Part shown: in pieces, positions 1 through 12,367 of the stretch
Layout: every line of letters begins with the position of its first letter
Position numbering within the stretch: the stretch's first letter is position 1
Assembly: GCA_964187785.1 (NCBI GenBank)
Contig: OZ076410.1
Span: forward strand, 41,044,001 to 41,108,000
From: Amphiscolops sp. MND2022
Taxonomy: Eukaryota
DNA length: 64,000 nt
Direction of reading: 5' to 3'
Notes under the pieces: generated by a model
What the model saw: the letters and a program-made list of their open reading frames with translations, nothing else
Databases searched by the model: none
Told to the model about the DNA's origin: nothing
Program-made: the position numbers and the translations under genes

Positions 1-427
1 CTACATATCTGGTAGCAGACCAGTCTCATTCCCATGAAGACTAAAAAAGTGATCAAATTGATGGAGTTGAAAACAAATACCAATCAAACTAATGAAAGCA
101 AGCTGTACTTAACTGCCTCAAACTTTAAACTCATGTGCAGTTTTTGTTTATTAGTGCTACAGGAGAATCCTCGGTAGATGCCATATTTTGTTACCAGCAT
201 GACATTTAGTTGCCACCACCTGCTAGGTGGATCCCATCTTGGTGTCCTTCTATATAGGATCACGAAAGAGTTCAATTAAAAGCTTCGAATGCTGAAATTT
301 TCGTAGTTTTTGCGAATTTTTGCCCACGTAAGTAACCAGCCAGAAAACCAAAAATGTGCAAGTCAAGTTGGCCGACCTGGCAGGCTTTGAAATACAAAAA
401 AGAGACATCCCGAACACACTGAGAAAC

Positions 428-544
428 CTATAGTCAGACATCCGAAGACATACAGAAGCTGAAGAGACAAGACCCCAGTGTTGTGCCATCTTTTCCAGAA
501 AATGTCTTGGAGGGACAACCTAACAATGGGTTGGTCAAGAAACC
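428..544 (-). CDS. candidate downstream exon of the DCST1-like gene (hydrophobic segment)
   Basis: ttttcag acceptor and G|GTTTCT donor bound a 117-nt phase1-phase1 open segment, GFLDQPIVRLSLQDIFWKRWHNTGVLSLQLLYVFGCLTI. Homology to DCST1 is only suggestive. Confidence 0.3.
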
Positions 545-3537
545 CTGAAAATCTCCATGAAAGTGCAGAATGTGCTAATTTCAATTAGTTTCATGGTTGT
601 GAGTGTTATTTTGAAGATCGTGATGGCACATGATCTGGTAGATCCTTTTATTTGCAATTTTAGATCTTATTCATGGAATTGAATGTACTTTAGCTAAACC
701 CCTGTTTTTGGACTTCGGGAGTATATAGGTGCACGCAGGAACCTTTAGGAACGTTTTTACGTGCCTGTGGGTCGTGTCCGGACTTTGAGTGTGCCGGCGC
801 GTCGCCTCGGAGCTCTCATTCGAGGGATCTCCTTAGACCAATGGAAAGTCCCCTAGGAGACCTTTTCGGGACTAAAGACTAGTGTCTAGGATTATAGTAG
901 GACATTGGTATCCTGTTCAAGTAATCTAGGCATTGTCCCAGTTCTAGAATGTAGCTTGACGTTACACTGCTACTCTGCCGAGCTCTCGTTGGTGACGTTC
1001 TGGGAAGGATGGCACAAGACTGGTTATCCGAGGGTATTTGGTCAGTCTCTTATTGCTTTTTATCTCTCTTCTCGGTCGGCGTGTGCGTGTCTTCGTCGAT
1101 CACCGTCTTCTCAACTGATTTTTGATTCCTTCTAAGTCGATTATCCCACATTTGGAATTTTCCAAAATTTCGAACAGGTCAACCAAACTGGTAGACGTTA
1201 GAACGTAGCGTTTCGAAAGTCGATGTCCCGCTCGAAGTTGAACGAAAAAAGTTTTTTAAATATGCAAAATATTGCACCTAAGACTCGAATAGCGGTTTTC
1301 TCCTACTAGAAACCACAAGTCACCCCAGTTTTTGAATGCCAAACGCATGATTTTGCTGAAAACCGAAGGAGGGTGTTTCGGTTTTGAAAATTTCGGAAAA
1401 CAAAATGCATGAATCCACAACTCACAGGGATTTAGTCTCACCTTTACTGTTGCAAGCAATAAAATACTTTTGGCATAGTGCGAGACTGAAACCCACTAAC
1501 TCTTTGTTTCTCAGACCTCCTCTCTCAGACTTCTTCTCAGGAATCTGGGTTGAAACATAGACCACCAAGTTTTTTTTTACTTTAGCCCTTATTTCTTGTC
1601 TTTTATAGTTGGTAGGCGTTTTGTGTCTGCAAAACAATTTGACAAGGTTCTTGGTTACCTTCCAGTAGAAACTTTGTGTCGACCGATGTTCCAGCAAAAA
1701 CGTTCCTGTTAGATTACTTGACAGGTCGAATCTGAACAACATTTTCTAATCTGTTGGCATCTATCATCTATTATCAATTTTTTTCCGCTTTCGTTGCTAC
1801 TTGATGCATTTTTGGACGGAAAAAACTCCTTGAACATAGGCGGAACTTTAGGTTATATGGTTTTCTAAGCCTCTTTCCTTCGATAATGTGTGTGATGCAG
1901 TAAAATGTGTTCCTCCGAGTGATGACCGAGGAAAGTTCCCATATTCTAGTGCTCGAGTGATCAACAAGAGCCAGCTCCATCATAGTCGTATTTTGTGAGC
2001 AATTTCGGTCGGTTTGAAAAATCCCTTCACTAAAGGCACCGAAAGCATTCAAACAACTGACATTTTGGGTCAACGTTTTTTGTAATACAAGCCCGAGACT
2101 TTTTTGTGTGGAACTTCCGTCTCACTGACGACGCTTCTTAGTGATTGTTTGATAAAAATTTTTTAGTGATCAATTACAACGTTTCAGCCTGTTTGGTTTT
2201 CCAAGACCTATATCTTCGAGAGTGTTCGTGATGCAGTAAGAGTTCTTCCTCTAAAACAAGTCCGAGACAAGGACTCTTGTACTCGTGCTAAAACTTTGAA
2301 CGAGACCATGTTTCTTTTTTTTTGTTTGGGAAATAGTTCGGTAGGCTGATCTTATAATCCCATTTCATTTCAGAAGGCAAATAAAATCTCCGGGACAGTT
2401 CGAGACACATAGTGCATTTGTGCCAAAAATTGTTGATTGATCAATTGAATCTTTTTGTCAATCTAGTTTTCTAATACCTATAAATTCGAGACTATTTGCA
2501 ATGCACTGGAAAAAATTGCACCCAGACAGACTATTGTCCATGTTCTAACGTTAGATTAGTCAGCAAGAACGGGCTCTATCATTTTTGGTTTGTGACAGGA
2601 TATTGTAGGCCGACTTTGGAACTTTCCAGCCACCTGGCTATTAATACCCCGAGAACTATTTGTTTGTTGGTTAGATGGGTGCACACATTTCATGAAAAGT
2701 TTTTTGCGCTTTCTTGAAGAATAACTTTCATCTGGCGAATCTAGCTAATCATTGCGTTTTTCGAAAAAAACCATTTGTCATTGATCAAATGAGATATTCA
2801 GCCTTCTGAGAATCAGTCTTCTGAGAATTTCAATTTCAATATTTTCTGCTATACAATCCCACACTGGCCACTAAAGGGCGACGTTTTAGTGTTTCTGTCA
2901 CAACCAGGCACGATACGGACACCACAGTGTCCATACGGTTTACAGTTCGCGCATTTATCGACGAAAAATATGTCCTATTAAATTCGATAACGGTTCACTT
3001 TCGATTTGAACGTTTTCCGTTATCGAGCGTTTTAGCCGTTTCCAGGTTTTGGTCATGGATTTGAGAAACTTCTTCTCTTTTCCTCATTAATTCTAGTTGT
3101 CTGCATGGGATTCTCAAATTCAGTTTTTCAGATTCTCTACTAGTCGAAAGTATTTTCCGGCATTGTGTTACATCATCAAGCTCTCTTTTTTTCCTTTTCA
3201 AGTGACATGTATCCCGAGTTCATTTGGTGTCGAGCGAGTATCTTTCGCATGCGTTGCATTAAGCCCCTTAGATCCTATTTTGTTTCTGGTTTGACGATTG
3301 CAGTATTGACAAATACGGTATATTCGATTTTTAAAACTTTGTTACCGAATTTTATTAGATTCAGGGTTGATCAAGGCGGGGTTCGAATTACACCGTCGTC
3401 AAACGTTTGCATCTTTTTCTGTTGAAAATATAATAAACTGATTTTTGACAAATCGTGCATAACGTTGAATAAAAACGGTGAGTGTTTCAAACTTTATGAT
3501 TTTTTTTTCGATTGGAGATTCGCCTAGAAGATGTCGT

Positions 3538-3715
3538 TGTATCATGATGTATTCATATGCGATTCTCAAAGTACCATGATATATCTATGCGTAAACATAA
3601 ATAGGTCAGCACTGAATGAAGTTAATTAGAGTTTGTTGTAGCTAAGTACTAGACAACTCTCAGACTATGACGGTTTCTCAGTTTGTGATTGGCAGTCTGA
3701 CCTCTGCATCTCAGA
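3538..3715 (-). repeat. E0 3' LTR (about 178 bp)
   Basis: About 90% similar by eye to 7520-7686; preceded on the minus strand by the PPT at 3716-3725. Confidence 0.75.
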
Positions 3716-4599
3716 TTCCCCCTCCGGATAAGATCGGTTGTATGAGGCTGTTTTGGGTAGTAGTTCCGTATTTCACGGTTTGCATGCTTCTCCTTCAGTA
3801 TTGCCAGTATTTTACGGTTTGTTGTTTTCTCATCGTTGTTCGTTTCCGTCTGGCTGTTTTTGCTTTCCTGCAAAACACAGTGGTTACTCGTTTCCTTTTT
3901 GTTATTTTCGGTATGGTACAACGCCTAATTTTTTCGTTTGTTTTGCAAACGGTAATCTATGCGATCTTCTCAACGTTTGGTGTGGTTCAATAGAATTATT
4001 TTTTTCTGTTTTTACACCTGTATCCGGTGTTAGTTTGGTCTGTTTCAGCATCAATATTTGCATGGACCGGTTATCCTTCGGCGGTGTTGTAACACTGGAA
4101 GTCGTTGTCTGAGACCATGCTTAGATCAAGTTTCATTTGTTTTCCTGCCGACTTGTCGGGACTCGTGATTTGCCCTTTTCTGTTTCTTGGTTGCTCTTTG
4201 CGCTTCAGCCAGTCCGCGCTACATTCAGTGTTCGGTGGCCATGGGGGCCCTTTTGTTCGGTATGAGCAGGATGGTTTCTCCGCAATTGTTACCGTCCTCG
4301 TGTTAATTCGTTTTGTGGGGGAACTGCACTCTGAAAGGTTAACGGGTTAGAAATCAGTTTTCTCTGTATAACTTTGTTTTTGCCGGTGGTTACTGTATGG
4401 TTGGTGCCAGAAACTGCATTTTGCGGTTTGTTATCACATTAACTACCAAGAGAGCATTTCTTTTGTGCTTTTTGAAAGAAGGTAAAAGGATAAGTTGCGT
4501 TTTTTTTCATACTCACCGTTTTGTCGATTTTTATTCTGGGTAAATGCCTTTACCCTGTGGTATTTCTTCTTTGACAATACAACGTGGTCGGTGATCTCC

Positions 4600-7480
4600 C
4601 CGTCTGAGTTACGGGTGATTTATAACGACAATTCTTTGGCGTCAACAGAAACAGTTTTTTCAGGTTAGATAGTTTTGTATTGGACTTTTGTCCGAAATGT
4701 AGTTCGAACGGGGTTTTCTTTGTTTCCGAATGGGTGATAAAACGGAGGGCGTATAGTGCTCCATTTAAACGCTTGCGCAGATTTTAGTTCATTTCTAAAA
4801 TTGCTTTTATCACATTTTTCATTGATTGGATGGTTTCTTCGACCAATTCCGTTCCAGTATTTAGACTTAGCGTCCCGTATCCACGGTTTATTTTGTTTTC
4901 AATGCAAAATTGTTTGTGCTCTTTCGAGATAAAATCACTACTTTTACCGGATTTAATTACTTTCGGTTCACCGTAGATTTTGATGCAACCCCGCAAAAAT
5001 GTTATGAGCGTATCGTGGCTCGCATTTTTTAAATTTTCGCCGCTAGCCAACGGCTACTTTTATTTCGGGTAAATGGCAAAAAAAGAGATGAATTTAGGGA
5101 TTTACTGTTTAGGTTTCCTGTGAAATCAATTCGGATTTCTTCTCCGGGATTTTTGGGCGGTTCAGTTTTTGACTTTTTGGTACTTGGAATTTGTGGTTAC
5201 AAAATGTTACCGGCATTTAGGCAGGCTAAGCAAGTTTTTGTTTTTTTTCTTGGTGTCAGCTTGCATATTTGGCCACCAGAAGATCGTTGCGTCACTGCAG
5301 ATCCTATTTATTTGAGGTGACCGAAGTGTAGAGCGTTCAATGCCGCGTAGGGCAGGCTTTTCGGGATGCTGATTCTTTCATCGGCCATTGTTATGCCCCA
5401 GAGGTGGGTCAGGCGTTTGGCTACCTGTTTGTAGTCTTCTGGTATTTGCTGCAGTTTATTGTCATCCAAGCAGCACTGCATTTCAATCAGGTCTTGGTCT
5501 GCCGCTGTTTCTTTTATGAAAGTTTCGAGGTCGAGCATAACTCCAGTTCTGCTGAACGCACGCTTTTCTCTTGTTGTCGGTTTCGCACTGCTTTATTCTC
5601 TATTATGCGGTTTATCCGGACTTAGTAGACAGCACTTTCTTCAATTGGCCCGTCGCGGTATTCTTGTACGGAAAAAGCTGGGTAGGCCCCCGGTTCTTGT
5701 GTTGTGACCGGTTCTTCGGGTGATGATGGAGTCGTCGTTTCTGTATCCGTGGCAGGATTCGTCGTGATGATGTCCGGTTTTGTTTCGACGGTAGGAGTGG
5801 CCCGTGGTGGGATTTCATCTCCTAAATGTTTGAATTATCCGTCGCCGAGATATGTGTCGCATCATTCTTCTTTTCTTCGTTGCTGCATGTCAATTCTTTT
5901 GATTTTTTTCTATCTGCATCGGCGGGTCTTTTGAGTAATTAAATTTCTGTCCACTTTTGTAACCTGTGGTAGCGCATGTGTCCGGGTCAAGTGAGTTCAA
6001 TTCTCCTTTCCACGAGCTCTCTTGTTCCTGGTGAATGGTCCCGTCTGTTGCTGATATTCATGATTTCATCGTCGGCGCCAGTGGTATCTTAGCGTAGATT
6101 CAGGTTTTGCTGGTTGTTATTGTCATCATTGTCCATGTTTGCTTACAAATGAGTGGTATAATATGTTTTAATGGCGGTCTGATTAGCGGTCGAGATTGAA
6201 TGACAAGGGTTTTTGTTTTGTGTCAGCGCGTACCAGTTTGCACGTGCGTATCAAGCATGGCAACCGTCTTTTCTGTTTTCGCGCTTTCTGATTGGCTGAA
6301 TACCCGTCCAATGCGGCTATATACCAGTTGCGGAATGGCGTTGATGACAAATTTTTCTTGGTATTTTTCCTCAGGTTCCGCGTTTTCTATAGGATCACTG
6401 CTAATAAAATCGGTGAAATTGATTTTTTCCCCAGTGTATTTCAGGGTTATGTCGAATTGATTCAGTTTCTTTAGCCATTGTTTCTTGGCGGGTGCTATTT
6501 TGTTTATTTGTTTTGTTTTTCTTTACTAATGGTTCCAAAGCCTGGTGGTCAGAGATTAGCAGGACTTGTTTTCCGTATAAGTGAAGTCTAAAACGTTCAA
6601 GTCCCCAGACTACGGCCATTAATTCCATCTTACCGGTTGAGTATTTCTTTTCAGCGTCATTTAAATATCGGCTGGCGAAAGCAATGAGTTTCAAGTCGCC
6701 GTTGTTTGTTTTGTCAAAGTGCTATTCCGAGGCCGTTCTAGCTAGCATCCGCTGTGACTATGTTTTTTTTATTGCCGTTATAGTTTGCTAGGCACGGTTG
6801 TGTGGCAAAATCTTTCTTTAGATTGCTGAAGACCGTGCTGCGTTCTATCGTCCATTTCCATTTTGTTCCTTTCTTCAGTAGTTTTTTCGTAGTATCCTTC
6901 TTTTCGGATAGATTTGGAATAAATTTTGCAGAGTATTGTATCGCTCCGAGGATTTCAATGATTTTGTGTTTGTTGGTGATTTTAGGTTGTTGATTGCTTC
7001 CGTCTTCTGTTCATTCGGTCTGAAACCGTCTTGTGAGATCGTGTGTCCCTGCCATGTTGTTAATTTTTGGTAAAAATTTGATTTCATTTTGCTGGCCCTG
7101 TAGCCTTCTTTTCCAATTTTGTTAGGACTGACTCTAGGTTATGGGTGCGTTGTTCCTTTGCTCCGCGTGTTACGACTATTATGTCCTCTAACCATACTGA
7201 CGTTTGATGACCAATTGTTCGGTCTATTTTCTCCTTAAAGATAGTCAAGATGTCGGCTGTTTCGTAAAATCCCTACTCCCGTGATTGCGAAGTTGCAACG
7301 TTTACTGGTTAATTTCATCTGCCCGTAACCGTAGTCTAGATCTATCACCGATATCCAAATCGGTTTTAGGTCGTTTCTTGACAGTGCGGCGGAGTTATGG
7401 TGTAATAATTCGTCTATATTGGGCATGCGTGACCTCTTTTATATGCAACTCTCATTTAATTTCCGGGCATCTAGGGCTGT
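4600..7480 (-). pseudogene. pol: E0 pol fragments (RT - RNase H - integrase)
   Basis: MPNIDELL..IWISVIDLDYGYGQM (RT); LIAFASRYLNDAEKKYS..ELMAVVWGLERFRLHLYGK..LISDHQAL (RH); ALNALHFGH and YGEPKVIKSG..SDF (IN). Many stops and frameshifts. Confidence 0.85.
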
Positions 7481-7519
7481 CTTGACTGATTTCTTTTTAA
7501 CCGTAATCTTTTATTCAAC

Positions 7520-7686
7520 TGTATCGTATGCGATTCTCAAAGTACAATGATATATCTTTACGTAAACATAAATAGGTCAGCACTGAATGAAGTTAATTAG
7601 AGTTTGTTTGTAGCTAAGTACTAGGCAACTCCCAGACTATGACAGTTTTTTGTTTGTGATTGGCACTCTGACCTCTGCTTCTCACA
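7520..7686 (-). repeat. E0 5' LTR (about 167 bp)
   Basis: Begins TGTGAGAAGC and ends GATACA on the minus strand; direct repeat of 3538-3715. Confidence 0.75.
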
Positions 7687-7981
7687 CAGTTGAAGTTAAT
7701 CGATTACTTTTTTTTTTACAGAAAATGAATTTTGAAAGTGTCCAATGTTTCTCCTACTGGCGTCTGGTAACAGCTTCCAAACAATATTGCAGTGCTCTGC
7801 GCCTCTTAGGTATGTTGTTCACGGGCATTTTCTGAAAACTTAAAAACACAACTGAGGTCTTGTATATTCAACCAGGTGTAAGAGTGACTTCCAAAGCTTT
7901 TTCGAAATTGTAAAAAGTGTTGCAAAACACAGGTAAGCTGTAAATTGAGAAATCAAAAAATTGCCATTTCCAAGAAGTAAC

Positions 7982-10199
7982 CTCAATTAATGATTGAACC
8001 TCAGCATCGATTGTGTTGTACTTCTTTTCAAACTGAGCTCCAACTTCTTGAATGGAAGTTTTGCTAAACACAACATAGTACACACCATTTTCGGCCATTA
8101 GAATGATATTATACCTTAGTTTTCAGCTTGAAATAGAACCATATGAAAAATTCCTCAACTTTTTATCTTTTTATGATCAAGTAAGCTCGAATTTTTTGCC
8201 TGAAGCGTATTTTTCATGAAACAACCAACGTGAAAATTGTCTAAAGACTCCATTTACTAACGACTGTGCCATGCCCTCAACAGTGGAGTTTGCTGGACTG
8301 ACTACAATCCCCTGGATTCGGCCGTAGTTGTCCGATGCTACCCGACTGCAACAACCTAAAGTGCATTTCAAACCAGTCAGAAGCTTGAAAAAGTGGATTC
8401 CATTCGAAACGATTATAAGCATACGTATTTTCGTGAGAACCCGTGAGAGAAACACCATGCGAAAATTTTGTAGTTTCAAGAAAAAAACGATTTCAAAAAG
8501 AATGACGAAAGTGATATAGAGTTTAATATTTCTCCGGAAAAAGCTTCTACGCATTAAAAGAATATGTATTTCAACAGAGAAACCACTATATTATCCGGTT
8601 GCTATTTTTGCTTTCTAAGTCTAAGGTTTGCAACTAACCAATAGCATCCACCATTTTTTCTGCATTGAGGACGATGTTAGCAACTGGTCCCTTCATAACG
8701 ATAATGGTTTGATAGGCAACCAAGAAACCAACAGCACCCTTTCCCAGCAGCGAACTGGGCAGAATGATGGAATAGACACAGCGCCACGTTGTTGAGAGCC
8801 CAGTTATTAACCCAGAACTTACTAATGAAAAAACATAAGTGTAAACTCAATCCTTGAAACTGCCAGTCTTCCAAAACAAAGACCACCCACGAATCTACAA
8901 CTCAAAAAACCTGCAGGTTGTTAAAAGTGGGTGATGTTGGAATAACGAACCCATGGCCATGATGAAACCAAAGCAAAAGTTTTTCTTTGTTAATTTGGGT
9001 TGTCGGTGCTTTTGTTACAAATAGTGCTCGACTTTTAAAGTGGCATGTTTTTTGTCAAGACCGCAGACCTAACTCTGAATGTTCAAATTTTTGAACAGCT
9101 TGGTCGTGACGCTGGGCCGTCATTTGGTCTAGTGGTTAGGATGTATGTTTCCCAACCGAGGCACGGCGGGTTCGAATACAAGTCAGGACTGAATTTTTTT
9201 TGTTTTCGCGAATCTTGGCGGCATCAAAGAATGCGACTTTTTTCGTAATTTTATTTCATCAAAGTTTTCCCGAGTTTTCGAGCAAGAAAATACGTTTTTT
9301 TGAGCGTGAAGGATCGAGCCTGAAGAATTGAACCCCTTTGAGTTGTTTGGCAATATGCGAATTTTTCAAGGGAAATATTCGACTCTTTACTGTTTCCACT
9401 CCACCATCAAAATTTTTGAAATGAGAACTAGAAAATATTTTCCGTAACATGAATATAAGGAGAAATAGTGTAAACAAAGAACATATCTGGATCTTGAATT
9501 AACAGTTTGGCTTTTAGTCTCTTATAATATTTTACTAATTTTCCATTGACATTTGGCAGTGTGAGGAGCAGAACCTTTTTCTACTATTTTGTGTTTTTTG
9601 ATGTTCTTTTTCCTTTGAAATCATAAAATTTTTCATTTACTATGGTAAAAGAAAAGTTTTATGAGTTCAAAGGCCGCCTTTCCAATTTTTTGCTGTTCTG
9701 AGGATTCTATGATAATTTCATGAAAGCCATCTTGATGATGAGACTTTGAGCCTTCTGAGCCATAAGCGGGCGCCGACTTGAGACGTTCTCATCGTGTTTT
9801 CATTGAAATATCGGAAAAATACAAGTTAAGTTTTCGAAAAAGATAACTTCCTGAAAGATGTATAATTTCATGCGAATCAAGATGTCAAACACCGTTATCG
9901 GGGCATTAGGCGTGATACCTAGTTAGCTGGGACGCTTCCATGGTGCATATATGATTGTGAATTGACTCACTTGTTGTCTGCGCGATGAGCATGTTTTTCC
10001 TGTCATTGAGGACCCCCCAGTCCATGGCGGAGATCATGCAGCTGTAGAGGTAGAACCCCATGAAAGCCCCGAACGCAAACCCAAACACGAACTTGGCCGC
10101 TTGGTGCTGTTCCGGGGGACTTTTGAAGAGAACCCAGAGAAGCTTATCTTGGTAGCTGGATGGCTTTGATTTGCTGCTATTAACTGTCTCAACATCCAT
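7982..10199 (-). CDS. DCST1: host DC-STAMP domain-containing protein, DCST1/sneaky-like, 5' exons 10199-9971, 8821-8639, 8355-8262, 8063-7982
   Basis: Phase-compatible GT-AG exons (donors GTGAGT, GTTAGT, GTTAGT) join to give LFKSPPEQHQAAKFVFGFAFGAFMG...GLSTTWRCVYSIILPSSLLGKGAVGFLVAYQTIIVMKGPVANIVLNAEKMVDAIGCCSRV...KTSIQEVGAQFEKKYNTIDAEVQS. This matches the RC-x6-P-x-LGK...GPVAN-x-N...LGC pattern I recall from DCST1. The end of the last exon is less certain. Confidence 0.72.
9119..9190 (+). pseudogene. degenerate tRNA-like sequence or tRNA-derived SINE head
   Basis: A-box TGGTCTAGTGGTTAGG and B-box GGGTTCGAAT at tRNA spacing, followed by a T-run. Acceptor and anticodon stems no longer pair well. 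Confidence 0.5.
9746..9790 (+). repeat. short dispersed repeat fragment (second copy about 30906-30940)
   Basis: TTGAGCCTTC..AGCGGGCRCCGACTT occurs in both places. Confidence 0.4.
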
Positions 10200-10455
10200 T
10201 TTGTCATCACACAATTATGCAATCGACAAGTTTTAGCGTTATTGTTCGAATGACGTCACCAATGGGCTGAAGAAATCTCAGTATTGTTATTTGTGATAGA
10301 GCTACACTAGGTTTAGTCAACCAAAAACGAAACGCACAAAAAAGTTTCTCTTTTGACATAAGTAAACAAAAAAAGAATGCATAAAGATTTTTGAGCTTTT
10401 AAATATTCAAAATGTGTCAGAGGAACTTTTACAACTGTAATTCATCTGGTCTATC

Positions 10456-12367
10456 TGTCACAGCCCCGCCTGAGCTGCGAGCACTGCAACAAACACAACC
10501 CAGTCTTCGAAGAATAAATTGGGAAAAGAACAAAAGAAGAGGAAATAGACAACTGACAAACAATCAGAAACAAAGGAGGTAAACAATATAAATTTGAAGT
10601 AATTAAATAAATAAATATATGCATATTAGTGTTATTATCATAATAATGTACACTTATATAAATACGTACTTACGGAATAACGGAGCTACTCGTGCAGTTA
10701 ATAATAATACAATACTATGTAATAATAATAATTGAATTGCACCGCTCAGTGAATGAACCGAGAAATTAAAGGCGGAACTGAGGCCTGGCAGCCGGCCTCA
10801 AATACTCGCACTAAAGCGGCGGCCTGGCAGGCAGCCCGAGAATTGTAAACTCAGCGAACTAATATGCAAGTGCGCGCTATAGTGAATACATGTAAATGAA
10901 CTAATGTCTAGTGCAGTGATTTATTAACAATACGAGTGCAAATATACCAACAATTGAGATTTCTGTGCTAACATAATAGAACATCACGTACCGCGGCCTG
11001 GGATGCGGCCTGAGAATTACTTACGATAAATCAATCACGAAAGTGAAAGATGATGATGCTACCATGTAACTTTGTCTGGAAATGAATCTAGAGATTATTA
11101 TCTATGATCTTAAACTATATTGTCGTTTAAAATATCGCATATAACGTTCTTTTACATGTAAATATTAATTAATCTATAAACAGGCCTGAACCGCAGCCTG
11201 GACCAAAGATTTAGTACCGAATATCAAACCAAGTGTTAATAACATGTATATCCTGTTCCCTGAATCTGTTGTCGTTTAATTGCATTAAATACCTTTCTGA
11301 ACAAGGTATCTGATGCTGTTTATAATTAATAGTTGCTTTACCCATTGAACATGTTTGTCCGTCCCGGACTATGGCCTGGGACCAGGCTTCGTGATATTAA
11401 CCAAAATCAGAGCCGTAAAAACTGTAGAAGCAATTCTACTCTTTCATTTGAAACCTAATGTGTGATTTGTGTTAAATTTCATTCAAATTGTTGCTGATTT
11501 ATTTAATTTAGGGAAATATTTGTAAAGGAAAATTGGTTGTCATCATTTTTTCCCAAATTTGTGAAGTTAATCAATCTTATTCAGTGACTCATTGCGCGTA
11601 TCTTTGACAATTTTTTCAGTTCGGCGTCCTGAAGAGGCGGGAAATTGGAGGCGCAGGGAAGCGGAGTTGCAACTCAGGCCGGAAGTGGACGCGTGCTTTT
11701 CTATGGAAAGCATGAACAAGCTGAAAGCCTGAGTTCGACAAAGCGGAACTGAACTTCCTGTTTCCCTGCCTCGGACGGACGCCGGACTGAACAAAATGTG
11801 AAGTATGTTCGTGTCTTTTCCCCGATTTCCGGGATGGAAAGTATAAATACAATGCGAGCTAGAAGCCATTTTTAGTTGAATTTTGTTACCTTTGCGAAAC
11901 AATTGTTTTCCGTTTAACGATAATTAAAAATCTTGAAACATCACACTTTGTTACTTGAGAACTTGCTCTAATTTCCTTAAAAAGAGATCGAGAATCATCA
12001 AGCCTAAGTAAGATGCCAGAACGTAGCTCCAAAAGAAAAGCAAGAAGGGATTCCCCTGTAAACTCCTTAGACGAACCCGAATCTTCTAGCATGAGGACTG
12101 AAAACACTCCTAGTTTGTCAGATAAAGATTTTACGGAATTGTCTGAAAAGATAGAAAAATCTGTAAGTAAAAGAATCAAAGACACAGAAGTCGGACAGCG
12201 TGAGATTCTTAAGATGATAGAGAATCTGACCTCTAAAATTGATACTCTGGCAGAAAGACCGCGTAACAACGTGCGTCATGACTCCGATGATGAGGATGCA
12301 GAAAACATGGATTACAGAATTAGAACAGTTGAATCAAATGATTCACTCCCGAATCACGGTCAACACA
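10456..12367 (+). repeat. E1 5' LTR (1912 bp)
   Basis: TGTCACAGCC...GGTCAACACA; about 98-99% identical by eye to 28580-30476. Confidence 0.96.
11842..11878 (+). promoter_or_regulatory. E1 LTR core promoter: TATAAA plus TTAGTTG initiator-like motif
   Basis: AAAGTATAAATAC...TTAGTTGA has the same sequence and the same 32-nt TATA-to-A spacing in the E2 LTR (61567 to 61535). Confidence 0.7.

Larger units (their letters stand above)
3538..7686 (-). mobile_element. E0: decayed, internally deleted Ty3/Gypsy LTR retrotransposon (unrelated to E1-E3)
   Basis: Direct repeats at 3538-3715 and 7520-7686. PPT GGAGGGGGAA abuts the left repeat. RT, RNase H and integrase fragments lie between them in Gypsy order. 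No gag, protease or PBS; no matching TSD. Confidence 0.8.

Noticed and set aside
700-1140. GC-richer block with a TATA-like motif, possible solo LTR
   Set aside because: No second copy, clear termini or TSD in the window.
1422-1742. ORF with YVSTQIPEKKSERGG as a possible DCST1 exon
   Set aside because: Resemblance is weak and splice phases could not be linked to the supported exons.
3533-7691. TSD for E0
   Set aside because: Flanks GTCGT and CAGTT do not match.
11567-11902. Minus-strand LTR ORFs (also 29676-30011, 47947-48279, 61575-61907)
   Set aside because: They recur only because LTRs are duplicated; no protein similarity between E1 and E2 versions; most use non-ATG starts.
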